Part shown: one piece after another, positions 61,295-64,000 of the stretch
Numbering within the stretch: the first letter of the stretch is position 1
Layout of the letters: each line of letters starts with the position of its first letter
Translations under genes and position numbers: made by a program
Assembly: GCA_973895155.1 (NCBI GenBank)
Contig: OZ316897.1
Span: forward strand, 21,108,260 to 21,172,259
Direction of reading: 5' to 3'
Length of the DNA stretch: 64,000 nucleotides
Source of the DNA: Marsupella aquatica
Taxonomy: Eukaryota > Plantae > Marchantiophyta
Notes under the pieces: generated by a model
The model's database searches: none
What the model was told of the DNA's origin: nothing
What the model saw: the letters and a program-made list of their open reading frames with translations, nothing else

Positions 61295-64000
61295 ATGGCT
61301 GCTGCCACAGCTTCTGCTGCTGTGGTCATGCGCGGAAGAGGAGCATCATCCCCTGCTCCCTCGGTGCGTTGTTCATGCAGCACAGCGGCGGGAGGAGGAT
61401 CGGTAACTGCGGACACTGTATACTTCTCCTCGGCTCTGATGACTCAACGCTCCCCTTCTTGCTCTCCCTTCATTGGAGCGGGCGGAGTCCGATTCGGACC
61501 TGTGTTCCATGCCTTGGGGCGATCATCGAGCTTGCGGTTCGCTCGGAAAGGGCTGTCGCCATCATCGTCGTCCTCCAGGGTGGGATCTGTAGTAGTTAGA
61601 TGTCTCAACATCAAGGAGCAGAAGGCTGGGGAGAAGAAGGCTGGGGAGAAGAAGCAGTCGAAGAAGGGGGAAAAGCAGAGTTATTCTAAGGCGAGGAATT
61701 ATGACGCCCCTCCTGGAGTGAAGCCCAAAATTGACCCCGTGGGTATACTGACAGGAATTGAGCCCCTAATTGCCAAGCCGCTTGCCATTTTCCTCCGAGA
61801 CAGGTTTTCACCTGCTCGCTGCCTGGCCATTCTTTTGGAGGTTGAGATTAGTTTTTGTTGCCAAGGTTCCGTAAAGATTCACGGAGGTGTTTAAATTCAA
61901 ATGCTGGCTTAGTTATGGTGCTTTTCAGGTACAAAACATTCAAGGTTTTGAAAGAGAAGATTGTCAAGGAGGACGATGATCTGCTTGAATTCGCTTCAGC
62001 GTACATTTTCTGATCCTGCTGCCATGTTTTCGTCCATTCTTTCACTTTTTAGAGTGTATATATTCAACACACTATCATTTCTGGTTCGAGGACTTGATGG
62101 TTTTTGCGAATTGTTTAAATAATGCGCCCGGTTCGTTCTCTTGTCATCTATCCCTGAGTTGGAATGCCTCGACTTATTGATGCTGGCAATCTGTTGAATC
62201 CTGCTCACATTTTCGACTGAGGTATATGAAATGGAATTTCGTTTTTGCAGATATGAGATTTTCGGCCTCCATCGCCATCCTAAACATGGAGTTGAGTTGT
62301 ATGAGTGGGCTCCGGGTACGGTGCCTGGACATATACCAATATATCGGGAAGGCTCTCGTAAAAAGTTATATATTTGTTCCCGTAAATTGCCACAACATTT
62401 AGCAGTGAACTGGCTTGTTCAGTTTTCGGTAACTGAAGATGCATGATGAAGCCTCGCTAGACTTGCGCATTGACACTTAAGAACGCTCAATTGCTGAGGT
62501 GCCTGACTTATTATTCAACCTTACAGGTGCAACTTTCTTTTCTATCGTTGGAGATTTTAACAACTGGGTGCACAGAGCGAATTGTATTGGGGAGAGGTAT
62601 CTCGGGCGTGATGACTATAACCACTTTCGGATATTTGTCGAGGACCAGTTACGGGATGGGGAGGAGGAAGATGACACTTTGCAAGAGTATAGCTACATGA
62701 GTGATTTTGACAAGGGAGACGAGGACGTAGACTTTGCTGCCGTCTTCCAAAAAATGAATGATGATTACTGGGAACCTGGAGAGGATGAATATCTGCGTAA
62801 GTCACCTGAGGATGTAGCGAAGGAGATTTATAATCAGATATTTGGAGCTAGCAGTGCAGGCCAGGAAAGGAAGGACGAGGAGGAGGATTACGACGAGGAT
62901 GAGGAAGATTTTGAGGAAGAGGATGAACTTCTGGATTGGGAGGAGACAGACGATCCAGAGGCTCTCATGAGGCGCTTTGGAAAATCTGGGGAAGACTTGG
63001 ATGCAGTTCAAAGAGAAGATGAGGGACAGGAAGATGTCGACACTGGCACGGATTTCCCAGAGACGAAGAAGAGAAAGAAGAAAGAAGGGACGATAGAGCA
63101 GTTGGTGTGGGACGACGGGAGGACACGGCTTGAAAGGTATAGGGCGAGCCCTGAATATGATGACCACGGGCTGCCACCCGTTGACATCGTGGATGATGGC
63201 AAAGACTATGATCGGCCGCACATGGTGGATGACCCAGTTTGGCGAGCCAAAGTGCAGGAGAAGACCAACCCTTATGCCTATTGGGAGCTACTTGTCAAGG
63301 GTCGGAAGGCCTGGGAGAAGAAGTACATCCCCGGCATTCCTCACTTGGGCCGTCATCGAGAACACGTGCGTACACCAGAGGGTGCCTTCGAACGGATTCC
63401 TGCATATGCAACTTATGTCTTACCGGGTATTGTAGAGACTTTCTTGTTTGTCCTCTTCTTGTTTTCTTCCTTCAGTACCTAGAGTAATCGTATTATGATG
63501 TTGTCAATAGTGTGTGGATGGTACAAATGCAATATGAGTTGTTTACTTCCTTGAAAGATTTGGCCATCAGGTTAGCTTACGCATTTGGGTTATCTATGTA
63601 GACGGCGAGGGTAAGTACAGTGCAGTGTTCTGGGATCCGCCGCCAGAAGGTAAACACAAGTGGGTTCACAAAAGCCCACGAAAGCCAGAGAGTTTGCGTA
63701 TATATGAGTGCCATGTTGGTATCAGCGGAGAGGATCCACGAATTGCTACTTTCAGGGAGCTTGCAACGAAGGTATTCTCAGTTTTGCACAATTGACTTGA
63801 TTGAAGTTTGTGGTTATCATGCCTACTTGACAAAACTTGTTCATATGTCATTTATGATAGTCCCCGCAGTTGATGCCATCTTTACTGCACTCTGGTTTAC
63901 CTATTGGTGTGGGCTGCAGGTTCTTCCTCATGTGAGAAAGTCTGGATATAACGTAATTCAATTGATTGGTGTTCAAGAGCATGTCGAGTACTCTAGCGTG
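61295..64000 (+). CDS. SBE3: 1,4-alpha-glucan branching enzyme 3 (SBEIII / Arabidopsis BE1-EMB2729 type), plastid-targeted, 5' part. Exons approx. 61295-61804, 61929-62000, 62251-62316, 62528-63426, 63602-63771, 63921-64000+
   Basis: Ser/Ala/Arg-rich transit peptide; IDPVGIL..FLRDR|YK; FGLHRHP..EWAPG; IVGDFNNW; DDYWEPGED; GRKAWEKKY; ERIPAYATYVLP; SLRIYECHVGIS; VLPHVRKSGYNVIQLIGVQEH. Confidence 0.93.

Noticed and set aside
60933-61416. Minus-strand ORFs overlapping the SBE3 5' end
   Set aside because: Antisense to a GC-rich 5' UTR and transit peptide; no motif
1-64000. tRNA, rRNA or snRNA genes
   Set aside because: None recognised by eye; a covariance-model scan would be needed to exclude them

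Overview
Eukaryotic nuclear DNA, most likely from a bryophyte-grade land plant (inferred from the PPR style and gene content). It has intron-rich genes interleaved with decayed transposons. Housekeeping genes recognised: GPI1/PIG-Q (+, 5' end unresolved), RecQsim helicase (-), a SWAP70-like PH/coiled-coil gene (-), SmG (-), and the 5' part of starch branching enzyme BE3/At-BE1-type (+). The window holds a cluster of intronless PLS-class PPR-DYW RNA-editing factor genes: a 3' end at 1-447, intact genes at 36324-38807 (+) and 45138-48329 (-), and a truncated pseudogene at 42867-43515 (-). The most striking observation is that both intact PPR-DYW genes sit directly downstream of a decayed mitochondrial HSP60/CPN60 gene, sharing its upstream region and presequence exons but each retaining different internal exons. 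This suggests the editing factors spread as an HSP60-leader/PPR-DYW cassette. Other features: an inverted, internally deleted segmental duplication (7800-14608 copied to 39817-42866) fused to the PPR pseudogene, an SS-type PPR motif apparently created by intragenic deletion, a ~210-aa in-frame insertion in one PPR, a U12-type intron, a GC-AG intron, a tandem-dimer hairpin MITE-like element, and a Mutator transposase relic. All calls come from manual reading; no database searches were run and coordinates may be off by a few bases.
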